DNA of 63,248 bases, the filler included, from Pelomyxa schiedti (taxonomy: Eukaryota > Protista > Evosea), in assembly GCA_020536535.1 (NCBI GenBank). It is 10 parts of 10 records of this genome, joined end to end, with 100 filler letters (N's around TTAATTAATTAA, not from the genome) between each part and the next. Parts side by side here need not be neighbours in the genome. Positions count along the whole stretch, not along the records: positions 60,772 to 63,248 come from JAHLWZ010000593.1; 9 more parts are not named here. One strand, 5' to 3'. Numbering within the stretch: the stretch's first letter is position 1; each line of letters opens with the position of its first letter. A model generated the notes under the pieces. It searched no databases. It was not told the DNA's origin and saw only the letters and a list, made by a program, of their open reading frames with translations. The position numbers were made by a program, and so were the translations under genes. Below, in pieces: positions 62,127 to 63,248 of the stretch.

Positions 62127-63248
62127 TCAGAAAGAGAAGTGGGAGACTACGGTGCTAAGAGAACCAAACAGCTGGAGGGTGATGACCTGCACACCAGTGG
62201 CCTCATCTGTCACGTGTATTTCTTTTCGTGCTGCAGCACGAGTGGCTCCTCCCCCCACCTGGAAAAGGAGGCCACCCTCAACAAAAGCCTGACTCGTGGT
62301 GCACCCACTCAGGCACTGCTGTTTCCTCACTGGCTTGCTGCCTGTGTTATTCACATCCCACACTGAGTAGCAAGTGACAGGGAAGTCGGAGTCGTCATCC
62401 ATGACACAGAACTGTGACTGGCTAACCTGTGACACACGCAAATCTTCTCTCATGCTCTCTGGGAATGCTCTTCCCAGTTTTCCAGTTCCCTCCTCAATGG
62501 TGATGAAGTGATAGGAACAAGGAAAGAGGCCTTCACCTTCCCTCATGACAAATAACAGGTGATTCGTGGAGCCACCACCACCCTCACGGTGTTGTTTTCT
62601 GAACACATGATATTGCTTGCTTACAAAGCTCTTAAAGCGACCCAAGGATGGAGGAAGGTCACTCAATCTTGGCACAGTTGAACTCAGCACTGCAAGTCTC
62701 TTGGACGAGCAAGTTTCCACAAGGTCAACCAAGACGAACTCAAAGAATGTGGGGTGAAGGTAATCATCATGGCAGCACAGCAAAACGTGGTTCTCATTGA
62801 TGACTCCCACGAACTGAGGAGCACAGATCTTCCACCTTGGGTCAATTTTCACAGCAGTTGGCCTCTCAATGGTGGTGGTTGTTGCACCACAACCATTTGC
62901 GTTTTTCCTCATGGGTATTTCAACCACAACCAGTTTCATGGAATGTGTGTCGCAACACGCAATCCATCTCCCGTTTGTTGCACATCTAACAGAGTCATCG
63001 CCGCCGGGAAATTTCACCAGCTGTATCCTCTTGCCTGTTTGCCTGTCCTGCAGCAAGAAAACACCCCTTCCTTTTTCCACAATCAGGTAGTGCAAGCTGG
63101 ATCCATGCAGGAACTCGCCGCGCCTCGTTGCCCACCACCTCACGTCGTGTGTCAGAGTCATCAGCGCCGTCGACACGCCAAACGTGACCATCAGCCGGGG
63201 AACGTAGGGTGATGGTGACGCAGCTTGGTCGCTATCCCAGATGACACA
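62127..63248 (-). CDS. Superfamily member (B-like), 5'-partial
   Basis: VTFGVSTALMTL, TNGRW, VSQVSQSQF, VWDVNN, AFVEGGLLFQ, VTDEATG; frame open to the window end. Confidence 0.85.
   Translation of the reverse strand, partial: CVIWDSDQAASPSPYVPRLMVTFGVSTALMTLTHDVRWWATRRGEFLHGSSLHYLIVEKGRGVFLLQDRQTGKRIQLVKFPGGDDSVRCATNGRWIACCDTHSMKLVVVEIPMRKNANGCGATTTTIERPTAVKIDPRWKICAPQFVGVINENHVLLCCHDDYLHPTFFEFVLVDLVETCSSKRLAVLSSTVPRLSDLPPSLGRFKSFVSKQYHVFRKQHREGGGGSTNHLLFVMREGEGLFPCSYHFITIEEGTGKLGRAFPESMREDLRVSQVSQSQFCVMDDDSDFPVTCYSVWDVNNTGSKPVRKQQCLSGCTTSQAFVEGGLLFQVGGGATRAAARKEIHVTDEATGVQVITLQLFGSLSTVVSHFSF

Overview
Eukaryotic genomic DNA, not one chromosome region. Ten separate scaffolds are joined by artificial N-TTAATTAATTAA-N spacers, and there are five plain 100-N gaps. 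Short GT-AG introns, a Nup98, an Entamoeba/Trypanosoma-type cysteine-protease inhibitor and CRIB-PAK kinases point to an amoeboid protist (Archamoebae/Pelomyxa-like; inference only). The dominant signal is a large superfamily of intronless, tandemly arrayed ~350-470 aa proteins: about 20 copies or fragments on five scaffolds. They share a short N-terminal motif (xDQF/LxAL...(HP)RCG..SP..L....W) and a beta-rich body ending in (D/E)xxT(G/D); I interpret them as possible F-box-like adaptor + beta-propeller proteins under birth-and-death evolution. Many carry frameshifts, four of five at G-runs. One intron-dense scaffold (27177-47265) carries two intact PAK-like pseudokinases, tRNA-Leu(CAA), UBE2T, a three-exon chagasin/ICP gene not assembled by the ORF track, a secreted GH31, a CHD-like remodeller with a degenerate ATPase, and a DH-PH RhoGEF. 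Also present: tandem Sel1-repeat genes separated by a Ty3/gypsy remnant, a duplicated helical-repeat gene family, and a GH3 fragment. All gene models were spliced by eye.
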